A stretch of 63,275 nucleotides of DNA from Candidatus Omnitrophota bacterium (GTDB lineage: Bacteria > Omnitrophota > Gorgyraeia > Velamenicoccales > Velamenicoccaceae). Positions within the stretch are counted from its first letter, which is position 1. Each line of letters starts with the position of its first letter. Shown piece after piece: positions 46,155-56,312 of this stretch. The notes beneath the pieces are model-generated. The model searched no databases and was not told where the DNA came from. It saw nothing but the letters and a program-made list of their open reading frames with translations. Where the stretch lies: the NCBI GenBank assembly GCA_043802125.1, contig JAZDLG010000036.1, forward strand, positions 1-63,275, in the 5' to 3' direction. Position numbers and translations under genes: made by a program.

Positions 46155-47171
46155 CTATCTTTTTACCAGTAATTCTGCTATCTGAACAGCATTGGTCGCG
46201 GCACCTTTGCGCAGATTATCGGCAACCACCCAAAGCCACATGCCCTTTTCATTGTCTGGGTCTTTTCGGATACGCCCCACAAACACATCATCCTTACCCT
46301 CCGCGTCTATTGGCAATGGATAAACGGAATTCTTGACGTCATCAACCACTTTGATGCCTGGCGATTGAGCCAAAACCCTCTTTACCTCATCAATATCTAA
46401 TGGCTTCCTTGTCTCTATATACACGGCTTCACTATGCCCTGTCTTAACAGGAACCCTTACCGTCGTGGCCGTGACTTTTATCTTCTTATCACGCATGATC
46501 TTTTGCGTTTCTTTGGCCATCTTCCACTCTTCCGAAGTATAGTCGTCTTCCGCAAAACTACCGATATGAGGAAAAACATTAAAAGCAATCCTTTGAGGCA
46601 AAGCCTCAGATTTTATAGCAACTTCTTTATCAATGGCGGCCTTAGTCTGGCTAAAAAGCTCATCCACCGCCTTGCTGCCTGCTCCGGATGCTGCCTGATA
46701 AGTAGAAACTATAACGCGCTTTATCTTATACAGCTTATGCACCGGCGCTAAAGCTACAACCATCTGGATAGTTGAACAATTGGGATTGGCGATGATGCCT
46801 CTTTTGGCCTTTTTAACATCTTTCGGATTGACCTCAGGCACAACAAGCGGCACGTCAGGTTCCATGCGAAAATCAGCGCCGTTATCAATTACCACAGCGC
46901 CTCTCTTGACCGCTTCCGCCGCAAAAGTCACAGCAGCGCCCTTCTCCCCTTCTGTGCCCGCGAAAAGGGCTATGTCTATGCCTTCAAAGGCTTCCGGGGT
47001 AATAGCATCAACATGATAATTTGCGCCATCCACATTTATGTCGCGGCTGGAACGCGCCAGAACCTTTAAATCCCCGATCGGGAAATTTCGCTGTTTCAAA
47101 ACCCGGAGCATTTCAATCCCGACAGCCCCTACACCGACCACCGCTACATTATATTTTGACTTTTTACGCAT
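46155..47171 (-). CDS. asd: aspartate-semialdehyde dehydrogenase
   Basis: VAVVGVGAVG, the active-site context NPNCSTI and SGAG. Confidence 0.95.
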   Translation of the reverse strand: MRKKSKYNVAVVGVGAVGIEMLRVLKQRNFPIGDLKVLARSSRDINVDGANYHVDAITPEAFEGIDIALFAGTEGEKGAAVTFAAEAVKRGAVVIDNGADFRMEPDVPLVVPEVNPKDVKKAKRGIIANPNCSTIQMVVALAPVHKLYKIKRVIVSTYQAASGAGSKAVDELFSQTKAAIDKEVAIKSEALPQRIAFNVFPHIGSFAEDDYTSEEWKMAKETQKIMRDKKIKVTATTVRVPVKTGHSEAVYIETRKPLDIDEVKRVLAQSPGIKVVDDVKNSVYPLPIDAEGKDDVFVGRIRKDPDNEKGMWLWVVADNLRKGAATNAVQIAELLVKR

Positions 47172-47183
47172 AATCTATAAATT

Positions 47184-47206
47184 TTTTACTACCAGATCCC
47201 CTACCT
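47184..47206. repeat. 23-bp direct repeat, copy 1 (relic of the leuB 3' end)
   Basis: TTTTACTACCAGATCCCCTACCT is identical to 47327-47349. On the minus strand it reads VGDLVVK followed by NL-stop, 3 nt before the asd ATG. Confidence 0.95.
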
Positions 47207-47316
47207 TAATGAGCAGATGACTTATGGAAAGCAGAGACATAAGTCATAGCAAAGCGTCTGCGAATTAATCCTCGTCATATACCTTAATTTATTTTGTAAG
47301 TGAATGACGAGGATCT
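47206..47316 (+). repeat. intergenic element family E, copy E3
   Basis: AATGA, P1 GCAGA/TCTGC, P2 TGACTTATG/CATAAGTCA, GAATTAA, then P3 TCCTCGTCAT, a 25-nt loop and ATGACGAGGATCT. Confidence 0.85.
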
Positions 47317-47317
47317 G

Positions 47318-48367
47318 TTACAGGTGTTTTACTACCAGATCCCCTACCTCACTCGTAGAGTACCCCATTTTTCCGGCTGCAAGAGACTTCAATTTGGTTT
47401 GCACGATCTTGATCACCGCGTCCTCAATGTACCTTGCGGCCTTTGCCTCGCCGATATTTTCAAGCAGCATGCCTGCGGCGCATATGGCAGCCAAAGGATT
47501 TATTACATTTTTCCCTGTATACTTAGGAGCCGAACCGCCTATAGGCTCAAACATGGACACACCATCCGGATTGATGTTGCCGCCTGCTGCGATCCCCATG
47601 CCGCCCTGGATCATAGCGCCCAGATCAGTGATAATATCTCCGAACATATTATCCGTCACAATAACATCAAACCACTCGGGATTTTTAACAAACCACATCG
47701 TCGTAGCATCAACATGGGCGTATTCAGTCTTAATATCCGGATATTCTTTAGCCACCTCATTGAACGTCCTCTGCCAAAGGTCCCATGCATAGGTAAGCAC
47801 GTTAGTCTTGCCGCAAAGAGTAAGCGTCTTTTTCTTATTGCGTTTACGCGTGAACTCAAAAGCATAACGAATACAGCGTTCAACGCCAGCCCTTGTATTA
47901 TATGAGATCTGTATAGCTACTTCGTCTTTAGTGCCTTTATCTTTGAACTCGCCTAACCCCTTATACAGGCCCTCGCTATTCTCGCGCACAACGACAAAAT
48001 CAATATCTTCCGGTTTTTTATCCTTTAAAGGACAAAATGCGGAATTATATAGCTTTACCGGGCGTAAATTAATGTATTGATCAAGCGCAAACCTTAATTT
48101 TAACAACACTCCTGTTTCTATAATGCCAGGCTTTACTTCCGGGTCACCGACCGCGCCAAGGTAGATCGCGTGATATTCCTTAAGTTCTTCAACGTCTTTA
48201 TCACTGACCAACTTCCCGGTTTTAAGATACCTTTTACCGCTAAAGTCAAATTCGCGCGTTTCATATTTAAAATTAAATTTCTTGCTCGCAGCCTCCATAA
48301 CTTTTAAGCCCTCGGCAACGACTTCAGGGCCTGTGCCGTCACCCGGTATCACCGCTATCTTATGCAT
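47318..48367 (-). CDS. leuB: 3-isopropylmalate dehydrogenase (isocitrate/isopropylmalate DH family)
   Basis: IAVIPGDGTGPEV, LRPVK, VRENSEGLY and NMFGDIITD. It is adjacent to leuCD. Confidence 0.85.
   Translation of the reverse strand: MHKIAVIPGDGTGPEVVAEGLKVMEAASKKFNFKYETREFDFSGKRYLKTGKLVSDKDVEELKEYHAIYLGAVGDPEVKPGIIETGVLLKLRFALDQYINLRPVKLYNSAFCPLKDKKPEDIDFVVVRENSEGLYKGLGEFKDKGTKDEVAIQISYNTRAGVERCIRYAFEFTRKRNKKKTLTLCGKTNVLTYAWDLWQRTFNEVAKEYPDIKTEYAHVDATTMWFVKNPEWFDVIVTDNMFGDIITDLGAMIQGGMGIAAGGNINPDGVSMFEPIGGSAPKYTGKNVINPLAAICAAGMLLENIGEAKAARYIEDAVIKIVQTKLKSLAAGKMGYSTSEVGDLVVKHL
47327..47349. repeat. 23-bp direct repeat, copy 2 (inside the leuB 3' end)
   Basis: Identical 23-mer encoding (E)VGDLVVK of LeuB. 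Confidence 0.95.
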
Positions 48368-48851
48368 TTTTATCCTTTATCCAATTCATAAGCCCGCCTT
48401 TTTCTATGATGGAAGAAATAAACTCCGCAAAGGGCGCGGCGTGATAAGTCTTGCCTGTAGTCAAATTCTTGATCTCGCCGCTGGTAAGGTCGGCTTCAAG
48501 CTCATCTTGCGGGCTTATCTCATCGGCTTTGTCTAATTCGATGATCGGCAAACCGATATTGATGGAGTTCCTGTAAAATATCCGAGCGAAACTCTTTGCT
48601 ATCACTAGTGCAACACCGCAGCCTTTTATCGCGATTGGCGCGTGTTCGCGCGATGAGCCGCAGCCGAAATTATTACCTGCCACGATGATATCCCCGGGCT
48701 GGACCTTCTTTGAAAAATCACGGTCTAAGATCTCCATACAGCGGGCCCCTAATTCCTTGGGATCAATGGTATTCAAATACCGCGCCGAAATGATATCATC
48801 GGTATTTACATCATTGCCGAATTTATGCGCTCTTCCTTTGATGATCTTCAT
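48360..48851 (-). CDS. leuD: 3-isopropylmalate dehydratase small subunit
   Basis: GNDVNTDDII and NFGCGSSREHAP. Confidence 0.9.
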   Translation of the reverse strand: MKIIKGRAHKFGNDVNTDDIISARYLNTIDPKELGARCMEILDRDFSKKVQPGDIIVAGNNFGCGSSREHAPIAIKGCGVALVIAKSFARIFYRNSINIGLPIIELDKADEISPQDELEADLTSGEIKNLTTGKTYHAAPFAEFISSIIEKGGLMNWIKDKNA

Positions 48852-50125
48852 AGACGAACAGCCTCTGGATGCGTGATATAACCTGTCAGGGAGCTCGCCG
48901 CTGCTACGGCCGGGCTTGAAAGGAACACCAGGCTATTTTTATCTCCCATGCGGCCCATAAAATTCCTGTTTGTAGTGGCCAGGCACGCCTCGCCTTCTGC
49001 TAAAATACCCATATGGCCACCCAAACACGGCCCGCACGTCGGCGTTGACACAACACCTCCGGCTTTGATAAAGATCTCTAATAAACCCTCCCTGGCTGCC
49101 TGAAGATATATCTCCTGGGTAGCCGGGATAATGATCAACCGCACATGCGGAGCCACTTTCTTACCTTTTAATATTTTTGCTGATATCCTCAAGTCAGAAA
49201 TGCGGCCGTTGGTGCAAGAACCGATAACTACCTGGTCCACTTTGATCTTACCCACTTTACTGACAGGCTTGATATTGCTGGGTAGATGCGGCATAGCTAC
49301 GACCGGCTCCCACTTGGAAACGTCATATTTCCTGACCTGACAATAAACAGCGTCTTTGTCGCTCTTTAATTCAGACCAGGCTTTAGGCGTCTTTTTCTTC
49401 GTCGTGCTTTCTAAGTATTCAAATGTCACGCCGTCGGGCTCAACAATGCCTGACTTGCCCCCTGCTTCAATAGCCATATTGCACATGGCTAACCTATCAT
49501 CCATAGAAAGTTTTCTGATAGCCTCTCCCGAAAACTCCATGGCGCGATAATTCGCGCCTTCAACGCCGATATCGCCGATGGTATAAAGGATGATATCCTT
49601 GCCGCTGACCCATTTTGGAAGCTTGCCGTTATATACAAATTTTATCGTCTCAGGCACCCTCAACCATACGTGGCCGGTTGCCCAGGCGGCCGCCAGATCC
49701 GTAGAGCCGACGCCCGTTGAAAAAGCGCCTAAGGCGCCGTAAGTGCACGTATGAGAATCAGCCCCGATGACCAGATCCCCTGCCTTGACTAATCCCATTT
49801 GCGGCAGCAACGCATGCTCAATGCCCATGCGGCCGACTTCGTAATAGTGTTCTATCTTATACTTTGCCGCGAACTCTCTCAACTTCTTTGCCTGCCGGGC
49901 ACTTTTAATATCCTTGGCCGGCGTAAAGTGGTCCGGGATAAGAGCGATCTTCCTGCGGTCAAAGACTTTCGCCAAACCTAATTTTTCAAATTCGTCTATT
50001 GCTATCGGAGCCGTGATATCATTGCCAAGCGTAAAATCTACTTCAGCCCAAATAAACTCTCCCGGGCTAACAAACTTTTTGCCGCAGTGCGACGCTAGTA
50101 TTTTTTGAGTGATTGTCTGTTCCAT
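48848..50125 (-). CDS. leuC: 3-isopropylmalate dehydratase large subunit
   Basis: Aconitase-family motifs DHFTP, GADSHT, GSCTNGR and CGPCLG. Confidence 0.9.
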   Translation of the reverse strand: MEQTITQKILASHCGKKFVSPGEFIWAEVDFTLGNDITAPIAIDEFEKLGLAKVFDRRKIALIPDHFTPAKDIKSARQAKKLREFAAKYKIEHYYEVGRMGIEHALLPQMGLVKAGDLVIGADSHTCTYGALGAFSTGVGSTDLAAAWATGHVWLRVPETIKFVYNGKLPKWVSGKDIILYTIGDIGVEGANYRAMEFSGEAIRKLSMDDRLAMCNMAIEAGGKSGIVEPDGVTFEYLESTTKKKTPKAWSELKSDKDAVYCQVRKYDVSKWEPVVAMPHLPSNIKPVSKVGKIKVDQVVIGSCTNGRISDLRISAKILKGKKVAPHVRLIIIPATQEIYLQAAREGLLEIFIKAGGVVSTPTCGPCLGGHMGILAEGEACLATTNRNFMGRMGDKNSLVFLSSPAVAAASSLTGYITHPEAVRL

Positions 50126-50137
50126 ATAACCGGAAGA

Positions 50138-51379
50138 TTATTCCTTAAATTCCTTCACCGCTATTGTCGCGTTATGCCCACCGAACCCAAGCGCGTTTGA
50201 TATGGCTGCCCTTATCTTCTGGCCGCGGGCTTTATGAGGAATATAATCCAGATCACATTCCGGGTCCTTGTGATCCAGATTAATGGTAGGCGGAGCTACG
50301 TGATATTTCATGGCTAAACAACAAGTGATAACCTCAACACCTCCGGCAGCGCCCAAAAGGTGGCCGGTCATGGACTTTGTAGAACTTATGGCCACTTTAT
50401 AGGCATGATCGCCAAAAACTTTTTTTATGGCGAGAGTTTCTATCTTATCGTTCAAAATAGTAGATGTACCGTGCGCGTTAATATAATCTATATCCTGAGG
50501 TTTCAGGCTTGCGTCTTTCAACGTAGCGGTCATTGCCCGAACGCATCCCTCTCCCGAAGGATCGGGCGCCGTGATATGATAGGCGTCGCCTGACATACCA
50601 TACCCCGCTAATTCACAATAAATTTTTGCTCCTCTTTTTTTGGCATGCTCCAGCTCTTCCAAGATCACGATACCTGAGCCTTCGCCCATGACAAAACCGT
50701 CGCGCTCTTTGTCAAAAGGACGCGATGCCTTCTGTGGCTCGTCATTACGGCACGAGAGGCTTTTTAAAGCGCAAAAACCGCCTATGCCCATGGGCGTGAC
50801 CGCTGCTTCCGTGCCTCCGGCTATCATCATATCAGCATCGCCATGCTGAATAATGCGCGCCGCATCTCCTATGGCGTGGTTTCCGGTAGCGCAAGCCGTT
50901 GCAACGCAGGAATTCGGGCCCTTAAATCCAAAACGTATAGAGACATGGCCTGAGGCTTCATTAACTATAAGCATGGGGATAAGAAAAGGTGAGAGCTTTG
51001 AAGGCCCTCTCTCTAAAAGGACCTTATGCTGCTCTTCAATAATACGCAGGCTGCCTATGCCGGAGCCGATCAAAACGCCGCAGCGGGTCAGGTCAAGGTG
51101 GTCTAGTTTGGCGCCGGAATCCGTAACAGCCTCGCAAGCGGCAGCCATGGCGAAATGCACAAATTGTTCGGTATGTCTGACATCCTTCTTTGACATGAAG
51201 ATTTCCGGGTTGAAATCCTTGACCTGGCCGGCTATCTGCGTATCAAATTGAGAAGCGTCAAAATGAGTGATTTTATCTATGCCGCTTTTTCCGGACTCTA
51301 ATCCTTTCCAGAACTCCCGGCAATTATTTCCTATAGGTGTTATAGCCCCTATACCTGTTACAACAACCCTGCGCTTCAT
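50138..51379 (-). CDS. fabF: 3-oxoacyl-ACP synthase II
   Basis: RRVVVTGIG, ACATG, HGTST and GFGGHN. The ATG at 51379 (MKRRVV) is preferred. Confidence 0.95.
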   Translation of the reverse strand: MKRRVVVTGIGAITPIGNNCREFWKGLESGKSGIDKITHFDASQFDTQIAGQVKDFNPEIFMSKKDVRHTEQFVHFAMAAACEAVTDSGAKLDHLDLTRCGVLIGSGIGSLRIIEEQHKVLLERGPSKLSPFLIPMLIVNEASGHVSIRFGFKGPNSCVATACATGNHAIGDAARIIQHGDADMMIAGGTEAAVTPMGIGGFCALKSLSCRNDEPQKASRPFDKERDGFVMGEGSGIVILEELEHAKKRGAKIYCELAGYGMSGDAYHITAPDPSGEGCVRAMTATLKDASLKPQDIDYINAHGTSTILNDKIETLAIKKVFGDHAYKVAISSTKSMTGHLLGAAGGVEVITCCLAMKYHVAPPTINLDHKDPECDLDYIPHKARGQKIRAAISNALGFGGHNATIAVKEFKE

Positions 51380-51451
51380 AGATATCATATGGAAACCCCA
51401 CGTGCTTGCACATTCAGCGACATCCCGCGAAGGCGGGAAAAGCCGCCTCAC

Positions 51452-51480
51452 GTAAAATACCCCGACGTTAATCGGGGTAT
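51452..51480 (-). terminator. hairpin with T-run between acpP and fabF (attenuator-like)
   Basis: Minus strand: ATACCCCGA-ttaacg-TCGGGGTAT followed by TTTAC. Confidence 0.45.
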
Positions 51481-51523
51481 GGGATTGCTGATAGCTTATT
51501 CCAAAAACCGGAAAACCACCGGG

Positions 51524-51766
51524 TTACTTTTTTGCAATCTTGTCTTCTATGTATTTAACAGCATCGCCCACGGTCGTCATTTTTTCAGCGTCTTCATCCG
51601 GTATCTCAATGCCAAACTCCTCCTCTAAAGCCATGACTAATTCCACGGTATCAAGGGAATCAGCTCCCAGGTCCTCAACAAAAGAAGCCTCCGGTGTTAC
51701 CTCTTCGGGCTTGACGCCCAACTGTTCTGCTATGATTGATTTCACTCTGTTTACTGCGTCTGTCAT
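51524..51766 (-). CDS. acpP: acyl carrier protein
   Basis: [19 protein letters not shown]. Confidence 0.97.
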   Translation of the reverse strand: MTDAVNRVKSIIAEQLGVKPEEVTPEASFVEDLGADSLDTVELVMALEEEFGIEIPDEDAEKMTTVGDAVKYIEDKIAKK

Positions 51767-51797
51767 TATGTTCCTCCTGTTTGCTTTTTTATGATTT

Positions 51798-52538
51798 CTA
51801 CATGCTCATCCCGCCATCCACCACGATAGTCTGACCCGTGATGTAGCCGGAATCGCTTGACGCTAAGAATAAACACGTCTGGGCCACGTCTTGAGGGACC
51901 CCTAATCTATTTAAAGGAATGTTAGCCAGCATCTTGCTACGCTGCTCTTCTGTCAACTTATCCGTCATGGCCGTCTGGATAAAACCAGGCGCGACTGCGT
52001 TCACGTTGACATTGCGGGAGGCTAATTCTCTGGCTATAGATTTCGTAAAACTTATGATGCCGCCTTTAGATGCTGCGTAATTAGCCTGGCCTGCATTCCC
52101 CATAATACCAATGATCGATGCTATGTTTACTATCGAGCCCTTTCTCTGCTTGATCATAAACTTTGTTGCGGCTTTCGTGCAGTTAAAGACTCCCTTTAAA
52201 TTTACCGCAAGGACCTTATCCCAATCGTCCTCGCTCATCCGCAGCAACAAATTGTCTCTCGTTATGCCAGCATTGTTAACTAATATATCAAGATGTTTAA
52301 AATTGTCAAGTATTAAATTCATCATTTCTTCAACCTGTTTAAGCGCAGTGACATCCGTCTCAAAGCTCATTGAGCGACGGCCCAAAGATTCAACTTCTTT
52401 TTGGGTTTTGGATGCGACTTCTCTGTTAACATCGCATATCACGACATCAGAGCCTTCCTTGGCAAACAAAAGAGCTATCTCGCGGCCTATGCCCCTCGCG
52501 CCTCCGGTCACTAAAGTCACCTTGCCTTCAAGTTTCAT
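51798..52538 (-). CDS. fabG: 3-oxoacyl-ACP reductase
   Basis: SDR family: [12 protein letters not shown] and YAASK. Confidence 0.95.
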   Translation of the reverse strand: MKLEGKVTLVTGGARGIGREIALLFAKEGSDVVICDVNREVASKTQKEVESLGRRSMSFETDVTALKQVEEMMNLILDNFKHLDILVNNAGITRDNLLLRMSEDDWDKVLAVNLKGVFNCTKAATKFMIKQRKGSIVNIASIIGIMGNAGQANYAASKGGIISFTKSIARELASRNVNVNAVAPGFIQTAMTDKLTEEQRSKMLANIPLNRLGVPQDVAQTCLFLASSDSGYITGQTIVVDGGMSM

Positions 52539-52562
52539 ACTGCCTCCCTGCAGACCCTTCCC

Positions 52563-53495
52563 TTATAAGGAATTGGGAAGGTCTAATCCTTTCTGGATTA
52601 TATCTGACCACGAACCTGCTGAAATGACTTTCGCATTGATCTCTATCTTCTTCATCAATCCCCTAAGGACCACCCCAGGGCCTATCTCAAAAAATAACCC
52701 CACACCTTTTCCCAGAAGATACCGCATAGAAGCTTCCCAGTAAGTGGCTGAATCCACCTGTTTTATAAGATTTTGCTTGATAACATCCGGGCTTACCTGC
52801 TCTGATGAATCTACATTTGAGATCAGAGGATATTTTGCGGGTTTAAAATCAACCTTGTCTATCTCGGCTTTCAATTTTATTGCTGCATCTTTCATCAGTG
52901 AGCAATGAAAAGCGCCGCTGACATCTAAAAGTATGACGCGTTTAGCGCCTCTCTCCATCGCCATTGACGCAACGGTTTCCAACCTGGCGTTTGTCCCGGA
53001 GACTACCACTTGTCCGGGGCAATTCAAATTCGCTACCTCTGCGCCAACGCTTTTACAGATCTCCATAACATCCGCGACATCCAGCCCCAGGACACAACTC
53101 ATCGACCCTGGATTCTTACGCGCTGCCTCTTCCATAAACTTGCCGCGCTGCCGGACAAGGTAAACAGCGTCTTTGAAATTTACTATACTAGCGGCAACGA
53201 GCGCTGAATATTCCCCCAGGCTAAGGCCGGCTACGTAATCGCATGTAAGATCCGGATGAGCGCCTTTCAAAGCCGCTAGCGCTGCTATGCTTGCGGTTAA
53301 AACGGCAGGCTGACAATTCTCTGTTTTGGTAAGTTCCTCAAACGGCCCCTCAAAACATAGGCGGCTTAAAGAAAAACCGAGCGCCTTATCCGCATCGTCA
53401 AAGACAAGTTTTGCCTGAGGTGAATAATCGTAGAGATCTTTCCCCATCCCGACGTATTGCGCGCCCTGACCGGGAAATATGAATGCTATCTTCAT
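52563..53495 (-). CDS. fabD: malonyl CoA-ACP transacylase
   Basis: FIFPGQGAQ, GLSLGEYSAL and GAFH. The ATG at 53495 is preferred. Confidence 0.93.
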   Translation of the reverse strand: MKIAFIFPGQGAQYVGMGKDLYDYSPQAKLVFDDADKALGFSLSRLCFEGPFEELTKTENCQPAVLTASIAALAALKGAHPDLTCDYVAGLSLGEYSALVAASIVNFKDAVYLVRQRGKFMEEAARKNPGSMSCVLGLDVADVMEICKSVGAEVANLNCPGQVVVSGTNARLETVASMAMERGAKRVILLDVSGAFHCSLMKDAAIKLKAEIDKVDFKPAKYPLISNVDSSEQVSPDVIKQNLIKQVDSATYWEASMRYLLGKGVGLFFEIGPGVVLRGLMKKIEINAKVISAGSWSDIIQKGLDLPNSL

Positions 53496-53506
53496 GTCAA
53501 CTGATT

Positions 53507-54502
53507 TTATTTCTGCCACTGGATGACGCAAGAGCCCCAAACGAGCCCCGCGCCAAAAGCGTCAAGGACGACGATGCCGCCTTCTTTGATCATGCCGGAA
53601 TCATAAGCTTCACAGAGTGCCACGGCAGTTGAAGCAGAAGACATGTTTCCATAGCTGGCGACATTGAAATAGATCTTTTCTAAAGGCAGGCGCATCTTGC
53701 GGGCAACGGCGTCAAGGATCCTTTTGTTCGCCTGATGTGGGATAAAACAATCAATATCATCAACGGTAAGTTTGCATTCTTTTAAAGCCTTGCAGGCGGC
53801 GTCCGACATGATCTTGACCGCCATTTTAAATACCTCGTTACCTCTCATCTTTATAAAATGAAGTTTATTGGCCAATGATTCTTTGCTTGCCGGATTTCTG
53901 CTGCCGCCTCCGGGCATCATCAAAAGCTCAGCCAGCGAGCCGTCACTGCCCAAATAACCGGCAAGGATGCCACCGTTAGAAACGGGGGCCAAAACCGCTG
54001 CTCCTGCGCCGTCACCGAATAAAACGCATGTATTCCTATCCTCCCAATCGGTCACGCTGGATAGCTTTTCCGCGCCTATCACAAGGGCATTCTTATAAAC
54101 GCCTCCGGCTAAGAATTGCTTGGCCGTGACTATTCCGTAGACAAACCCGGCGCACGCGGCGCTCACGTCAAAACAGGCGGCGTTTTTTGCTCCCAATAGA
54201 TTCTGGACTATACAAGAAGTGGCAGGGAAAGGCATATCAGGTGTAATCGTGGCAACAATGATCAATTCCAGATCCTCAGGTTTCACCCTGGCGTTTTTCA
54301 AAGCCTCTTTGGCGGCATTAAAAGCGAGAATACTGGTGGGTTCATTGGAACTTGCGATACGGCGTTCTTTGATGCCCGTGCGAATTGTTATCCACTCATC
54401 GCTCGTATCAACCATGCCCTCCAGATCCTTATTTGTCAGTATCTTTTTGGGCAGATAACTGCCGAGCCCGATGATGCCGATATTATTTTTTCTTTTATTC
54501 AT
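53507..54502 (-). CDS. fabH: 3-oxoacyl-ACP synthase III
   Basis: AACAGF, HQAN and GNMSSAS. Confidence 0.95.
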   Translation of the reverse strand: MNKRKNNIGIIGLGSYLPKKILTNKDLEGMVDTSDEWITIRTGIKERRIASSNEPTSILAFNAAKEALKNARVKPEDLELIIVATITPDMPFPATSCIVQNLLGAKNAACFDVSAACAGFVYGIVTAKQFLAGGVYKNALVIGAEKLSSVTDWEDRNTCVLFGDGAGAAVLAPVSNGGILAGYLGSDGSLAELLMMPGGGSRNPASKESLANKLHFIKMRGNEVFKMAVKIMSDAACKALKECKLTVDDIDCFIPHQANKRILDAVARKMRLPLEKIYFNVASYGNMSSASTAVALCEAYDSGMIKEGGIVVLDAFGAGLVWGSCVIQWQK

Positions 54503-54506
54503 ATAT

Positions 54507-55529
54507 CTATGCCAAGTTAGGTAATTTTATATTTATTGAGAGCTTTCTGGTGCGCTCTAAAATATTCTGGTTAATATTACGCTCTACTTCTTCCTTGGCA
54601 AAGCGTATGGCATTCATGACAGCCTTAGCAGAAGAACGGCCGTGGCCTATGATCACGACGCCGTCTACCCCTAAAAGCGGGGCGCCGCCATATTCGGAGT
54701 AATCTATCTTTTTCTTGAAATTACGAAAACTCTGTTTAGCAAGAAGGAGCCCCAATTTACCCCATATTGTAGACATGAGCTCCTGCTTTAAAAAAAATGT
54801 GATCGTCTCAGCCATGCTCTCCGATACTTTCAAGGTCACGTTACCGACAAAACCATCGCAGACGATAATGTCGCAGCGGCCTGAAAATATATCCTTGCCT
54901 TCAACGTTGCCGATAAAATTGATAGGGCTTTGTTCAAGGAGCTGATAAGTCTCTTTGACGAAGTCCGTGCCCTTTGACTCTTCCTCTCCTACGTTGAGAA
55001 GGCCGACGCTCGGATTTTTCTTACCCAGGATATGTTCAAAATAGGCGCTTCCCATGATGCCGTATTGTACGAGGTGAAGCGGCTTTGGGTCAATATTAGC
55101 GCCCGCGTCAATGATAAGCGAGACACCTTTAAGGTTTGGCATCACTATGGCAATGCCCGGACGTTCAATGGTTTCAAGCAAACCAAGTTTAAGTGTTGCC
55201 GCGCACACAACGCCGCCGGTATTTCCGGCGCTAAAAAAGGCATCCGCTTTGCCGTCTTTGAGCAAATGGATGCCTATGTTGATAGATGAATTCCTCTTTT
55301 TGCGTATGGCCACCGCCGGCGCCTCGTTCATCTCAACGACTTCATCAGCATGAACGACCTCAAGCTTTGATGTGTCATATTTATAGCCCCTCAGCTCGCG
55401 GGTAATAACATCATACTGCCCGACTAAGAAGACGTAGATGTCAGATCTGTCTATAGCGGAGATAACTCCCTCTATGACCGCTTTCGGCGCGTAATCCCCA
55501 CCCATCGCATCAACAACGACTCTCACCAT
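54507..55529 (-). CDS. plsX: phosphate acyltransferase
   Basis: VVDAMGGDYAP and DGFVGN. Confidence 0.95.
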   Translation of the reverse strand: MVRVVVDAMGGDYAPKAVIEGVISAIDRSDIYVFLVGQYDVITRELRGYKYDTSKLEVVHADEVVEMNEAPAVAIRKKRNSSINIGIHLLKDGKADAFFSAGNTGGVVCAATLKLGLLETIERPGIAIVMPNLKGVSLIIDAGANIDPKPLHLVQYGIMGSAYFEHILGKKNPSVGLLNVGEEESKGTDFVKETYQLLEQSPINFIGNVEGKDIFSGRCDIIVCDGFVGNVTLKVSESMAETITFFLKQELMSTIWGKLGLLLAKQSFRNFKKKIDYSEYGGAPLLGVDGVVIIGHGRSSAKAVMNAIRFAKEEVERNINQNILERTRKLSINIKLPNLA

Positions 55530-55532
55530 GTT

Positions 55533-55754
55533 TTACTTTCTGCCCTTTTTCTTGCGTTCTTCTTTCTTGGCCTTCTTGGCTTCAAAATCAAGTATGAGCC
55601 TACCGTTGTAAAAACCACAAACCCCGCATATCTTATGCGACATTTTAGGAGATTTGCACTGCGGACACTCCATAAGCTTAGCTACAGCTACCTTCCAGTG
55701 CGTGCGTCTTCTTCTACCTCTACCTTTTGAATGTCTGCGTCTTGGATTTGGCAT
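55533..55754 (-). CDS. rpmF: 50S ribosomal protein L32 (with Lys-rich C-terminal tail)
   Basis: MPNPRRRHSKGRGRRRRTH and CPQC...CGVCG. Confidence 0.95.
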   Translation of the reverse strand: MPNPRRRHSKGRGRRRRTHWKVAVAKLMECPQCKSPKMSHKICGVCGFYNGRLILDFEAKKAKKEERKKKGRK

Positions 55755-55785
55755 TTCTTTAACCTCCGATTTGGATCATTAAGGT

Positions 55786-56202
55786 TTAACTTACACTGCA
55801 CTTACATTTATTCACATTCAGGTCCGCGCCGCAGCGTATGCATAAGCCTTTGCAATCGAGTTTACACAAGATCTTCTGCGGATAAGTCAATATCAATTCT
55901 TCGCGGATATTGCCATCAACCGGAAATATCTTTCTGCCGGGATCAAGCGGATAGATCATTTTTAGCGTTTTGTCCAACAATGACAAGAATTCCCTAAAAC
56001 ACCTGGCACACGTCAAAGTCGTCTTCGCCTTCAAAACTACTCTCACTCCTACTACGCCGCTCTCCTTCCGGGCATAAGCCCTGACTGATAGAGGGCCAAC
56101 GTAGCTTATGCCCGGAGCGTCAAGATCAAAGATCTTCGGATCCCACTCCTCAAAGAGCTCAACCTCCCGGTCTTCCGAGAGCCGTACCACATCTATTTTC
56201 AT
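55786..56202 (-). CDS. YceD/DUF177 family protein
   Basis: It has the conserved position upstream of rpmF-plsX and the Cys motif CKLDCKGLCIRCGADLN. The ATG at 56202 is preferred. Confidence 0.8.
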   Translation of the reverse strand: MKIDVVRLSEDREVELFEEWDPKIFDLDAPGISYVGPLSVRAYARKESGVVGVRVVLKAKTTLTCARCFREFLSLLDKTLKMIYPLDPGRKIFPVDGNIREELILTYPQKILCKLDCKGLCIRCGADLNVNKCKCSVS

Positions 56203-56224
56203 GCTAGATGTAAAATACCTCAAT

Positions 56225-56312
56225 AGATCCCGATGGCTAAGAAACAGCCACGGGATTAATTCGGCCTTACAACTTACATTTACCTCGTTCTGTAAGTTGT
56301 GGCCTCATTTAA
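56225..56312 (-). repeat. intergenic element family E, copy E4
   Basis: Minus strand: AAATGA (containing the coaD stop), P1 GGCC/GGCC, P2 ACAACTTACA/TGTAAGTTGT, GAATTAA, then P3 TCCCGTGGCT-gtttctt-AGCCATCGGGATCT. Confidence 0.85.

Noticed and set aside
47071-47090. 12-bp palindrome TCCCGATCGGGA inside asd, resembling the P3 base of family E.
   Set aside because: It is a short, single occurrence that encodes conserved-looking residues (FPIGD). It is compatible with chance.
47300-47905. Long plus-strand ORFs overlapping minus-strand genes. Examples: 47300-47905, 60042-60758, 52111-52743, 57097-57693, 18579-19076, 26711-27202 and 37273-37764.
   Set aside because: They are antisense shadows of well-supported conserved genes (leuB, recG, fabG, rsmD, uvrA, nadX, argF). 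Their translations are low-complexity and have no recognisable motifs.
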